Shown here: positions 53,906 through 62,072 of the stretch, one piece after another | Numbering within the stretch: position 1 is the stretch's first letter | Layout of the letters: each line of letters starts with the position of its first letter | DNA from: Candidatus Nomurabacteria bacterium | GTDB taxonomy: Bacteria > Patescibacteriota > Minisyncoccia > Phycocordibacterales > UBA9973 | Assembly (NCBI GenBank): GCA_029288805.1 | Contig: JARIGO010000017.1 | Coordinates: forward strand, 2,884 to 66,883 | Length of the DNA stretch: 64,000 nt | Direction of reading: 5' to 3' | Made by a program: the position numbers and the translations under genes | The notes under the pieces: model-generated | Seen by the model: only the letters and a program-made list of their open reading frames with translations | Databases searched by the model: none | Told to the model about the DNA's origin: nothing

Positions 53906-54394
53906 CTAGTTTTTTGCGTACCCACTAATGTGCCACGTACCGTTTACATTTGAAACAGTGAATGTTACTGGGTACATGTCAGCTATGCCGCCGTGCTCTT
54001 GTTCGTTGCTCGTGATTTCTACAACATTTCCTCTCACCGTATACGAATCGTCAGTATTTTTCGTCGTGCTGGTTATTTCAATACGGTCAGGCCACGGACT
54101 TGATACTTCCCTTCCTAATGCGGTAGAAGGATGTGCTTCCCATGCTGCCAGCAACTGAGGAGTAAGATATGGAGCATAGTTTGTATCCATAGCCGTTTTA
54201 ACGTCTGCTGAAGGCGCAAGCAGTGATACTAATTGTAGTTTTGTACCAAGCTGTGTCACTGGTGCGTCTACTTGTTGCGTTGGGTTATCAACGGTAGGCG
54301 GAGTAGTCTTATTTGTCTGTAACAGTATGACAAGTACCAACAGCAAAACCGCTGCTATAGTAATGAACCATATAGTACGGAATTTCTTATCCAT
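53906..54394 (-). CDS. membrane-anchored hypothetical protein, 162 aa
   Basis: The ORF has an N-terminal TM (IWFITIAAVLLLVLVILL) and a soluble domain. Confidence 0.5.
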   Translation of the reverse strand: MDKKFRTIWFITIAAVLLLVLVILLQTNKTTPPTVDNPTQQVDAPVTQLGTKLQLVSLLAPSADVKTAMDTNYAPYLTPQLLAAWEAHPSTALGREVSSPWPDRIEITSTTKNTDDSYTVRGNVVEITSNEQEHGGIADMYPVTFTVSNVNGTWHISGYAKN

Positions 54395-54399
54395 GATGC

Positions 54400-54819
54400 T
54401 TATCTACTGTTAATAATGTCCACTTTCTTTTGCTCAAATTCTTCCTTATTGATCTCTCCTTTTGCATATCGTTCATTCAAGATATCAATGGCCGATTTTT
54501 GTACAGGCTGAACTGGAGCTATGGGTATGATAGGTGTAACTGGCGCAGGAGGAGGAACAGGAGGTGGCGTTGGTCGCGGCTCGTGATGGTGGCTGTAACT
54601 GAAAATTGCTCGAATGACCTCAATAATAACCCCGATAATGATAACCCATATCAATATGAAAATAATCGTTCCTAATGTCCCGTAATTGTTATAGTTATAT
54701 CCCCAATATGTAATCATATATATACTATACGCCTTGCCGATCCATTTTATTGCAGTTTGTCCACTTCCCTCATTTAGCTGAATGCGTAATACTATATGTG
54801 TGGCTTCCCTGAAAAACAC
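54400..54819 (-). CDS. SHOCT-domain membrane protein
   Basis: A TM segment and a Pro-rich linker (PRPTPPPVPPPAPV) are followed by the C-terminal SHOCT motif ILNERYAKGEINKEEFEQKK. Confidence 0.6.
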   Translation of the reverse strand: MFFREATHIVLRIQLNEGSGQTAIKWIGKAYSIYMITYWGYNYNNYGTLGTIIFILIWVIIIGVIIEVIRAIFSYSHHHEPRPTPPPVPPPAPVTPIIPIAPVQPVQKSAIDILNERYAKGEINKEEFEQKKVDIINSR

Positions 54820-55225
54820 CCTGGAAAGAACAATTGCAAAAATAAACCTTACCTACATTGTGCGGTTGTTGGCTATCTTATTGGCTATAGTGGTGCTCCT
54901 GGGATTTTTGGCAGGTATTGTTAAAACCTTTTTTGACCTTCGACTGTTCATCCACAGCGCTATTGATGTTGGTATCAAGCAGATGCTTGTGAATGTTCTG
55001 ACACTCCTGGCTGTCATTGAAATCTTGCGAACAGTGCTCAGTTATCTTAAGGACGGTCGCGTGCGCGTAACCTATATCGTTGATACCGTATTGATCGTTA
55101 TGCTCAATGAAGTGCTTACGTTTTGGTATAGTGGAGATCATGTATTCTATCTGCCGCTTATAGCATTTCTGCTGACACTGATTCTCATTCGCATACTCTG
55201 CATCAGGTATTCTCCCGATAAGTAA
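54782..55225 (+). CDS. psiE: phosphate-starvation-inducible PsiE-family membrane protein
   Basis: The 4-TM protein has a pattern typical of PsiE (LVNVLTLLAVIEILRTVLSY ... VLIVMLNEVL). Confidence 0.6.
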   Translation: MRNTICVASLKNTLERTIAKINLTYIVRLLAILLAIVVLLGFLAGIVKTFFDLRLFIHSAIDVGIKQMLVNVLTLLAVIEILRTVLSYLKDGRVRVTYIVDTVLIVMLNEVLTFWYSGDHVFYLPLIAFLLTLILIRILCIRYSPDK

Positions 55226-55226
55226 T

Positions 55227-55258
55227 AAAACCCCTCGAAATTTCGAGGGGTTTTATTT
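55227..55258. terminator. bidirectional terminator AAAACCCCTCGAAA/TTTCGAGGGGTTTT
   Basis: A perfect 14-bp palindrome lies between psiE and the convergent SDR gene. Confidence 0.75.
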
Positions 55259-55270
55259 GTTCCTACGGTA

Positions 55271-55990
55271 CTAGTCTTCGTGGGCCATTACCTCAGCGCG
55301 TTCTGATTCGATGGCATGGACGATGCGTTCCGCAATGTATTCAGCAGAATCCGCTTCAGGCATTCTGTCTTTGAAATTTTCCTCCATATGCTTGCCCGCT
55401 TCCTCGGACTTGTGTGAGTTCTTTCCGAATTCTGTAGCAGTAAGGCCCGGGTGCATGACGTTTACAATAATATTGTCCTTCTCAAGCTCCGCGCGAGCAG
55501 TCAATGAAAGGCAGTTCAATGCATATTTTGTAGAAGCGTATGCCCCAAGCATTGGAAAGTAATTCTTTGATACCAATGAGCTGATATTAAGAATATGTCC
55601 ACTGCCTTGCGCACGCATGATAGGAATAACATGCTGCATTGCCACTAACGGGCCGATCACATTCAATTCAAAAATCTTTTTGTATGCGTCAATATCAACG
55701 TCTTCAACTGCTGAATACAATCCTTGTCCAGCGTTGTTTACCAAGACATCAATACGTCCAAAATGTTCATGAACCTTGTGGATCATTTCCTTAATGTCAG
55801 TTTCGTTCGTCATGTCTGTCTGTACGGCAAATGATCCTGGGATTTCTTCGGTCAGCTTTGTAAGAATATCAATAGAGCGAGCAGCCAATGCCACCTTTGC
55901 GCCCTGCTGTGCCAAGAGTTTAGCCGTAGCCAAACCAATGCCCATACTTGCACCTGTTACAATTATTACTTTTCCTTCTACTTTTTTCAT
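55271..55990 (-). CDS. SDR-family oxidoreductase
   Basis: The Rossmann motif is TGASMGIG, followed by NNAG and the catalytic YxxxK (YASTKYAL). Confidence 0.85.
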   Translation of the reverse strand: MKKVEGKVIIVTGASMGIGLATAKLLAQQGAKVALAARSIDILTKLTEEIPGSFAVQTDMTNETDIKEMIHKVHEHFGRIDVLVNNAGQGLYSAVEDVDIDAYKKIFELNVIGPLVAMQHVIPIMRAQGSGHILNISSLVSKNYFPMLGAYASTKYALNCLSLTARAELEKDNIIVNVMHPGLTATEFGKNSHKSEEAGKHMEENFKDRMPEADSAEYIAERIVHAIESERAEVMAHED

Positions 55991-56009
55991 ATAGTTAGTA
56001 TACGCTAGA

Positions 56010-56642
56010 TTAGCTGATAACTTCCACTACTTCATCATACGCGCGACGAGTCTTTGGGCGAGGTGCTTCATCAGCACTGCGATATCCGACCGCAAGAATG
56101 GTCACGACAGTAAGGTTTTTTGCAGACAATCCAAGGATTTCGTCTACTTTTGCACCATCAAATCCTTCCATGGCAGCATTATCAATATTGAGCAGTGAGG
56201 CTGTTTCCATCATGGTACCAAGTGCAATATAGGTTTGCATCTTAGTCCAGTTTTGGAGTACCTCGGGTGATTTCATTGCCATTGCTCCGTCGATCATGGT
56301 TTTCATCTGCGCGAGGTCGTCAGGCGTTTTGCCTTGTGCTAGAGCTGCGCGAGCGACTAATTCCGCGGAAAGGTTTTCCGCATCGGTACGTGCCGCGATA
56401 ACGATCAAGTCTGAAGCCGCGGTAAAACGAGGCTGGTTGTACCCGGCAGTCTGAAGCTGTGCCCGCACTTCTAGGTTTTTTATAACCAAGAACTTCCATG
56501 GTTCCAATCCGAATGAGCTCGCTGCCAATCGTGCACTTTCCAAGATGGTTTGTAAGTCCGTGTCAGATACTTTCTTAGTACTGTCAAAATTGTATGTTGC
56601 ATAGCGCCATTGCAATGCTTTTGTGATATCTTCTGGTTTCAT
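56010..56642 (-). CDS. nitroreductase-family NAD(P)H-dependent oxidoreductase
   Basis: The N-terminus RYATYNFDSTKKVSDTDLQTILESARLAASSFGLEPWKF matches the NfsB/nitroreductase pattern. Confidence 0.8.
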   Translation of the reverse strand: MKPEDITKALQWRYATYNFDSTKKVSDTDLQTILESARLAASSFGLEPWKFLVIKNLEVRAQLQTAGYNQPRFTAASDLIVIAARTDAENLSAELVARAALAQGKTPDDLAQMKTMIDGAMAMKSPEVLQNWTKMQTYIALGTMMETASLLNIDNAAMEGFDGAKVDEILGLSAKNLTVVTILAVGYRSADEAPRPKTRRAYDEVVEVIS

Positions 56643-56717
56643 ATATACTCGTTTTATTATATAATTGACTTATAAAGTACTTAAGTTAGTATAGTACTAT
56701 AGAAAGTATAGCACTTC

Positions 56718-57044
56718 ATGAAAAACGGTCAACACGGTCAAAAGAATATCCCCTGCACCAAGGTGATGAAAGTCATTGGTGATTACTGGACTATCAGTAT
56801 TGTGCAGGCCATCGGTTCCCACAAGCGCCGTTTTTGCGAGCTGGAACGCCTTCTTCCTGACAGTAATCCCGTTACCCTCACCTCTCGCCTTAAAGACCTT
56901 GAAAAACTTGGACTTTTATCTCGAACCAAGGATCCTAAGGATAAAGTATGCGTACACTACTCACTCACTCTTTCAGGTAAGAAGCTGGTGCCTATCGCCT
57001 CTCGCATTCAGAGTTTTGCTGAGGATTTTGTAATAGAAGTATAA
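56718..57044 (+). CDS. HxlR-family winged-helix transcriptional regulator (divergent from nitroreductase)
   Basis: The Cys-containing N-terminus is followed by an IGDYW...RRFCELERLL pattern. Confidence 0.8.
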   Translation: MKNGQHGQKNIPCTKVMKVIGDYWTISIVQAIGSHKRRFCELERLLPDSNPVTLTSRLKDLEKLGLLSRTKDPKDKVCVHYSLTLSGKKLVPIASRIQSFAEDFVIEV

Positions 57045-57048
57045 CGTA

Positions 57049-58296
57049 TTATTCGTACCGCAATGCATCTATAGGATTCTTGCGTCCAGCCTGACGGGCA
57101 GGATAAATACCGAAGATAAGGCCTGACAGCGTTGAGACACTCACGCCGAGAATGACGCCTGAGATTGGAAATGCAAATACCCAGCCAACAGTGGTGAATG
57201 TTGAGGCAATAAAGTATATGAGTCCTACAACGGCGGCACCAAGGGCAATGCCGATTATTCCCCCAACCAGTGTCAGCATAATGGACTCGATAAGAAACTG
57301 CTGAAGGATGTCCTTGTCTGTCGCCCCTACAGCCTTACGCAATCCTATTTCGCGCGTTCGCTCGGTCACTGCCACGAGCATGATGTTCATAATACCGATA
57401 CCACCAACGATGAGAGAGATCGACGCAATGGCTGCCAGGAATAATGTTAGGACCGACGTAATGCTTCCTACAAGAGATAAAATGTCAGCTTGGGTTTCAA
57501 TATTGAAGTCATATTTGTTCGGATCAGTAATGCCATGATCCTGTCCCAGTTCAAACTTGATACGGGATGTCACGAAGTCGATGTTGTATTGTGGGTTGGC
57601 CTGTACAAGAATGGTACTAAAGTATGAAATGCCGAGCAGTTCTTTTTGGGCAACACTGATGGGCACAATAACGATATTGCCTTCATCAACACCGAATGCC
57701 CCTGTTCCTCCCGTTGCCAGTACGCCGACTACGCGAAACGAAACGTTTTTGATGCGAATGGTCTTGTTGATAGGATTAACATACTTGCCAAACAACGTAG
57801 TCGCCAAGTCCGGACCAATGACAACGACATGGTTTTGTGAATCGACATCTGACTGAGTAAATGGATATCCTTGTCCTACCGTGAGGTTTCGTATTGCAAA
57901 CATGTTTCCAGTCACGCCTTGGAAACTTTCCGTTGCATCATTGTTGCCGTATACCACTTCGGCTTGCCCTCCTACAAGCGCAGCCACTCCTTGAATGGAT
58001 GGTTCTCTTTGCAGTGCGTCAACGTCCCGCTGTTGCAGTGTCGTAATAATCGCTCCCTGCTCAGATGCCGGAGCGCTGAACTTGCCATTACTTGGTGCTC
58101 CAGGAATGATGATAATAAGGTTTGATCCAATGCCTTGGACTTTGCCCAAAATAAGATCCTGAGCGGATTGTCCAATGGACATCAAGATGATAACGGAAGC
58201 AATACCAATAATAATACCGAGCATGGTAAGAATGGTACGAGTCTTGCTGTGTGTGAGAGAGCGTATGGCGGTTTTGAAAGCGTCTTTGTATAACAT
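57049..58296 (-). CDS. ABC transporter permease, MacB/FtsX-type
   Basis: N-terminal TM, large periplasmic domain and C-terminal FtsX 3-TM bundle. Translationally coupled with the upstream ATPase gene. Confidence 0.85.
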   Translation of the reverse strand: MLYKDAFKTAIRSLTHSKTRTILTMLGIIIGIASVIILMSIGQSAQDLILGKVQGIGSNLIIIIPGAPSNGKFSAPASEQGAIITTLQQRDVDALQREPSIQGVAALVGGQAEVVYGNNDATESFQGVTGNMFAIRNLTVGQGYPFTQSDVDSQNHVVVIGPDLATTLFGKYVNPINKTIRIKNVSFRVVGVLATGGTGAFGVDEGNIVIVPISVAQKELLGISYFSTILVQANPQYNIDFVTSRIKFELGQDHGITDPNKYDFNIETQADILSLVGSITSVLTLFLAAIASISLIVGGIGIMNIMLVAVTERTREIGLRKAVGATDKDILQQFLIESIMLTLVGGIIGIALGAAVVGLIYFIASTFTTVGWVFAFPISGVILGVSVSTLSGLIFGIYPARQAGRKNPIDALRYE

Positions 58297-58297
58297 A

Positions 58298-59002
58298 TTA
58301 TTTTAAATTTCTTACTGGACCATGCTTGGCAATAGGCTTGTCGCTTTCGACCAGACCGTCTCTGATAAAGATCATGCGATTGGCAAATTCCGCCGTTTGG
58401 GTTTCGTGGGTCACAAGAACAACGGTGCGGCCTTTTTTGTGCAAGGCATCCAAAATCTCCATAATTTGTAAGCCTGATTTGGAGTCCAAGTTACCCGTTG
58501 GTTCGTCCGCAAAAATAACATCAGGATCGGTTACCAATGCACGAGCAATGGCAATACGCTGTTTTTGACCACCGGAAAGCTTCCCTGTCTCAACGTATAG
58601 CTTTTCCTTTAAGCCGACTGAATCAACCGCTTCTTCAACGCGACGCTTTCGTTCAGCAACAGGAAGGTCGGAGTACAACAGTGGAATCTCAACGTTGTCA
58701 TATACGGTGAGACGAGCAAGGAGGTTGAATGACTGAAAGACGAAGCCCATGGCCTTGTTGCGCACTTGTGCCAATTCATGGTCACTCATCTCATCGATAC
58801 TCTTGCCAAGGAACTTGTACGAGCCCCCTGTCGGCCTATCAAGAAAACTTAAGATATGAAGTAATGTCGACTTACCTGAACCACTTGGTCCCATGATAGA
58901 AACAAACTCCCCTTTTTCAATTGAAAAGGTAATGCCTCGCAATGCCTGAGTCGGTGTGTCTTCTTCCTGATATTCTTTTGTCAGGTCCTTGAGGTCAATC
59001 AT
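58298..59002 (-). CDS. ABC transporter ATP-binding protein (MacB/LolD-type)
   Basis: Walker A is GPSGSGKST, the signature is LSGGQKQRIAIARAL, and Walker B is IFADEPTGNLD. Confidence 0.9.
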   Translation of the reverse strand: MIDLKDLTKEYQEEDTPTQALRGITFSIEKGEFVSIMGPSGSGKSTLLHILSFLDRPTGGSYKFLGKSIDEMSDHELAQVRNKAMGFVFQSFNLLARLTVYDNVEIPLLYSDLPVAERKRRVEEAVDSVGLKEKLYVETGKLSGGQKQRIAIARALVTDPDVIFADEPTGNLDSKSGLQIMEILDALHKKGRTVVLVTHETQTAEFANRMIFIRDGLVESDKPIAKHGPVRNLK

Positions 59003-60450
59003 TATTTTTTCAAGCCGATATTAAGCACCTGCTCTCCTGCTGTTACGCCGGAAATAATTTCTACGTTACCATTCTCATCCTGTAATCCAAGTTTTACTGG
59101 TATGTCCTTCACAACCTTGTTTTCAACGGTCTCTACGAATGTTCCGTTATCATTTTGTAGAATAGCGTATTGTGGCAATAGCAATACATTGTCCTTGTGG
59201 TTGGTAGTAATAGTAAGGTTCGCAGTTAAGCCACTCTTCATGCGAGGATCGCTGGTATCAAATGCTACTTTTATCTTGTAGCCCACTACGCCATTCGTAG
59301 TAGTTTGAGCAGGATCAATATAAAAGACTGTGCCAGTAAAGGTTTCTCCAGGAAAGGCATCGAGTGTCATTGAGACCTTATTGTTTATGGCAATCTTCCC
59401 TACATCGATTTCAGAAACCAATGCATCAACTTCAAACGCATTGCTTGAGATGATAGACACTAACGGCGTATTAGGCGAAGCAAACTGCCCTACCTTAGCA
59501 TCGAACTGTGTAATAGTGCCGCTGATTGGCGCTACTATTTCTGCATTTTGCAAACCCGCTTCCGCAGCTTGCAGTGCGGCTTGGGCGCTTTGTATCTGAG
59601 CCTGTGTCACGCTGGAGCCTGAAGTATTTGAAATCTGAGCCTGCGCATCGGCAATGGCTTTCTCGCGGTTAGCTTGTGCTGCGAGGTATGCATTTTCATT
59701 TGTGGTGTAAACGGCAGACTTGGTATTAGGAATAGAAACAGTCCACACTGTATTGCCATAACTTGTTAAGTTGCTGTCTGCGAATTGGATGTAGAGACCT
59801 TTTGTACCAAGCGGTACTGGGTTCATGCTGGCTTGCATACCAGGCACGTTTTCAAGGCCTGTAACGGAAAAAGATTCTCCTGACGTAGCGCCGGACGGAT
59901 ACATATGAATGACATAGTCTCCTGGGCCGCCGGTATAGCTTCCAGTAATAGTCGGTGCGGCTTCAGTAGTACTAACATCGTTGGGTACTGCCTGAAGATC
60001 ACTTGAAAGCAATGTGTGATATGCGTTGGCAACAAGCACGTCCTGTTGCTTTTGCACGTCTGACACGTTTACTGTCGTACTCTGACCCTGGGCAACCTCC
60101 AATGCCAAGTTGGCCTGCGCTTGTTTGATCTGAGCGTTTAGGTCACTGGTGTTGAGTCGAGCCAAGACTTGGCCTTTGGTAACAACCTGACCTACCGCGC
60201 TACTTGTTGAGGCAATAGTGCCACTGCTGCCAAAGCCTAATGCCACACTAGAAGTTGGCGTGGTACTTCCCGTTACCGCAACAGTTTCGGTGATTGGTCC
60301 TTGTGTGACCTGTACATATTGATAATTAGAATTTTTTGGCTTAACAATAGAATACACAATAAAAATCAACACAATAATCCCTATTGAGCTCCATATAATC
60401 GTCTTACGGCTAAATCTACTGAAGAATGTTTTTGAAGTTGTTTCCGGCAT
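59002..60450 (-). CDS. periplasmic adaptor / HlyD-family membrane fusion protein (MacA-like)
   Basis: An N-terminal TM is followed by a long alpha-helical hairpin (QAQANLALEVAQGQ ... AQAALQAAEAGLQNAE) and beta-barrel/lipoyl-like segments. Confidence 0.8.
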   Translation of the reverse strand: MPETTSKTFFSRFSRKTIIWSSIGIIVLIFIVYSIVKPKNSNYQYVQVTQGPITETVAVTGSTTPTSSVALGFGSSGTIASTSSAVGQVVTKGQVLARLNTSDLNAQIKQAQANLALEVAQGQSTTVNVSDVQKQQDVLVANAYHTLLSSDLQAVPNDVSTTEAAPTITGSYTGGPGDYVIHMYPSGATSGESFSVTGLENVPGMQASMNPVPLGTKGLYIQFADSNLTSYGNTVWTVSIPNTKSAVYTTNENAYLAAQANREKAIADAQAQISNTSGSSVTQAQIQSAQAALQAAEAGLQNAEIVAPISGTITQFDAKVGQFASPNTPLVSIISSNAFEVDALVSEIDVGKIAINNKVSMTLDAFPGETFTGTVFYIDPAQTTTNGVVGYKIKVAFDTSDPRMKSGLTANLTITTNHKDNVLLLPQYAILQNDNGTFVETVENKVVKDIPVKLGLQDENGNVEIISGVTAGEQVLNIGLKK

Positions 60451-60542
60451 TTCCTTATTTTACCACGGAATTGCCGACAAAGAGTTTTGTTGACAAAATA
60501 GTGCCAAAAAGTAGTATTCAGAAAAACTTAAAAATACAACCA

Positions 60543-61055
60543 ATGAAAGTTTCTTCAAAAATAAAGAAAGAATTATGGCAACTTCGCAATAAATTCTTGC
60601 ACTTCCTATGGAAACACTCGAGGAAAAAGGAACTCACTATTGACGGGTATCTCATACAATATTTGACCTTACCATTCATCTGGACTGCATGGAAGACGCC
60701 TGAACCGTTTACGATTGGGCTATGCCTCACCCATCAGCCCAGCAAAACGGTGATGGTATTCCTGACCCACAAGGAATGTTCAACGCCAGAATTCCGATAC
60801 ACACTCTTTCACGAGTTCATCGAAGGAAACTATTTTCTTGAGAGCTTTGCTAAGGAAACCGAGCCGAAGATAAGAAGCATCATAGAGAGCTTTCCAAAGT
60901 ACTTTTCTCAAACAGTATTTGAAGCGTTTCGGAGATCACAAAAGAACAAGGAGCACCTTGCTGCTCTCGTCTTCGAACTAGACCTTGCAAGGAGAGAAAT
61001 GAAGCCAGAGGAACTAGACAACTTCATTAAGGATATATTGAAGCGCCGAATCTGA
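60543..61055 (+). CDS. hypothetical protein, about 170 aa, possible paralog of the next gene
   Basis: ATG 60543 (MKVSSKIKKELWQLRNKFL) is preferred over the track start at 60426, which overlaps the HlyD gene. The segment FRYTLFHEFIEGNYF resembles KLTHELIHRLSEGNKF in the next protein. Confidence 0.45.
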   Translation: MKVSSKIKKELWQLRNKFLHFLWKHSRKKELTIDGYLIQYLTLPFIWTAWKTPEPFTIGLCLTHQPSKTVMVFLTHKECSTPEFRYTLFHEFIEGNYFLESFAKETEPKIRSIIESFPKYFSQTVFEAFRRSQKNKEHLAALVFELDLARREMKPEELDNFIKDILKRRI

Positions 61056-61134
61056 ATCCAGAACCAGTAATTACGCTGGTTCTTTTTATTTGACATACTA
61101 TATTTTAAATTGTATTGTAATGAAAAATTAACAA

Positions 61135-61773
61135 ATGAAGCTGCCTGAAATAAAAATTACCTACAGCAAGATTCTCGACCCCATCTTCATCTGCTATACG
61201 CAAAATGACCCACAATGGAAAGACATGAATTACCAGCCGTGGACTCCCCTGCCAGAAAAAGCAGTGATGGCACATGTGGAACGGTACAAGGAAATATGGA
61301 AGAAGTACGGACCCGCTATCCTTGAAGGGATTGTTACATTCTTCGATGTCGAGTTTTATGAAAACATAATCGAGGTTTACATCGTAAACAAGAACCCGCG
61401 AGGATTTAGCAATCCGCTGATCCTGTCATGCAATTACACCGAGAATGTATTTATTATGAAGCTGACCCACGAGCTTATCCATAGGCTTTCTGAAGGAAAT
61501 AAGTTCAAGCTCGGCATGAACATGAAGCTTGCCCCCGGCTTACCCTACCTAACACAAAGCCATGTGATCGTGCATGCGGCACTAAAGTATATCTATCTCG
61601 ACATATTGAATCGGCCAGACTTGTTAGAGCAGGACATCAATCCTCCAAATGGCTACACGTTCCACGAGTATCAAGACGCCTGGAACATTGTCGAGGAAAA
61701 GGGATATAAGAATCTCATCGAGCAATTCAAGATGCTGTACAACCAGTACGGCATAAAGTCACTCTCATCATAG
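61135..61773 (+). CDS. hypothetical protein with HExxH motif (HELIH), 212 aa
   Basis: The ORF is clean. It contains the HExxH-type motif LTHELIHRL, so a zinc-dependent peptidase-like function is possible. No family was assigned. Confidence 0.5.
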   Translation: MKLPEIKITYSKILDPIFICYTQNDPQWKDMNYQPWTPLPEKAVMAHVERYKEIWKKYGPAILEGIVTFFDVEFYENIIEVYIVNKNPRGFSNPLILSCNYTENVFIMKLTHELIHRLSEGNKFKLGMNMKLAPGLPYLTQSHVIVHAALKYIYLDILNRPDLLEQDINPPNGYTFHEYQDAWNIVEEKGYKNLIEQFKMLYNQYGIKSLSS

Positions 61774-61790
61774 GAGTGACTTTTTTATTT
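61756..61790 (+). terminator. rho-independent terminator overlapping the stop of 61135-61773
   Basis: The hairpin AAGTCACTC-9nt-GAGTGACTT is followed by TTTTTTATTT. Confidence 0.7.
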
Positions 61791-61836
61791 GAAAACTTAG
61801 AGCTGGCTGCTTGGGACGATGCTGGAACCTTAATAC

Positions 61837-61897
61837 TTGACAATAAGTAATTAAAGTGCTACTATTAACCTAGAGCTTAGCTTAAGCTCTTTTTTCT
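61837..61897 (+). promoter_or_regulatory. orphan consensus promoter (TTGACA, 17-nt spacer, TACTAT) immediately followed by a terminator hairpin (AGAGCTTA..TAAGCTCT plus TTTTTT)
   Basis: The -35 hexamer is at 61837-61842 and the -10 at 61860-61865. The hairpin at 61872-61890 is followed by a T-run. No ORF is associated. Confidence 0.4.
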
Positions 61898-61996
61898 TTG
61901 GAAGGCGATGTTTTCGGCCTCCATTTCAAAAGAATACAGAAAACCCTCGAACGTTTTGCGGTTTCTAACCTAAGAGGATCCAAGAGACCAAAATCA

Positions 61997-62035
61997 AACC
62001 CCTTCATCACGATGAAGGGGTTTTCTTTTTATAAA
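61997..62035. terminator. bidirectional terminator AAACCCCTTCATC/GATGAAGGGGTTT downstream of minus-strand gene 62073-63311
   Basis: A perfect 13-bp stem has A-rich sequence upstream and TTTTCTTTTT downstream. Confidence 0.7.
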
Positions 62036-62072
62036 TAAATTCCATAATTGGCAGTTTGGGACTCGATCTTTT

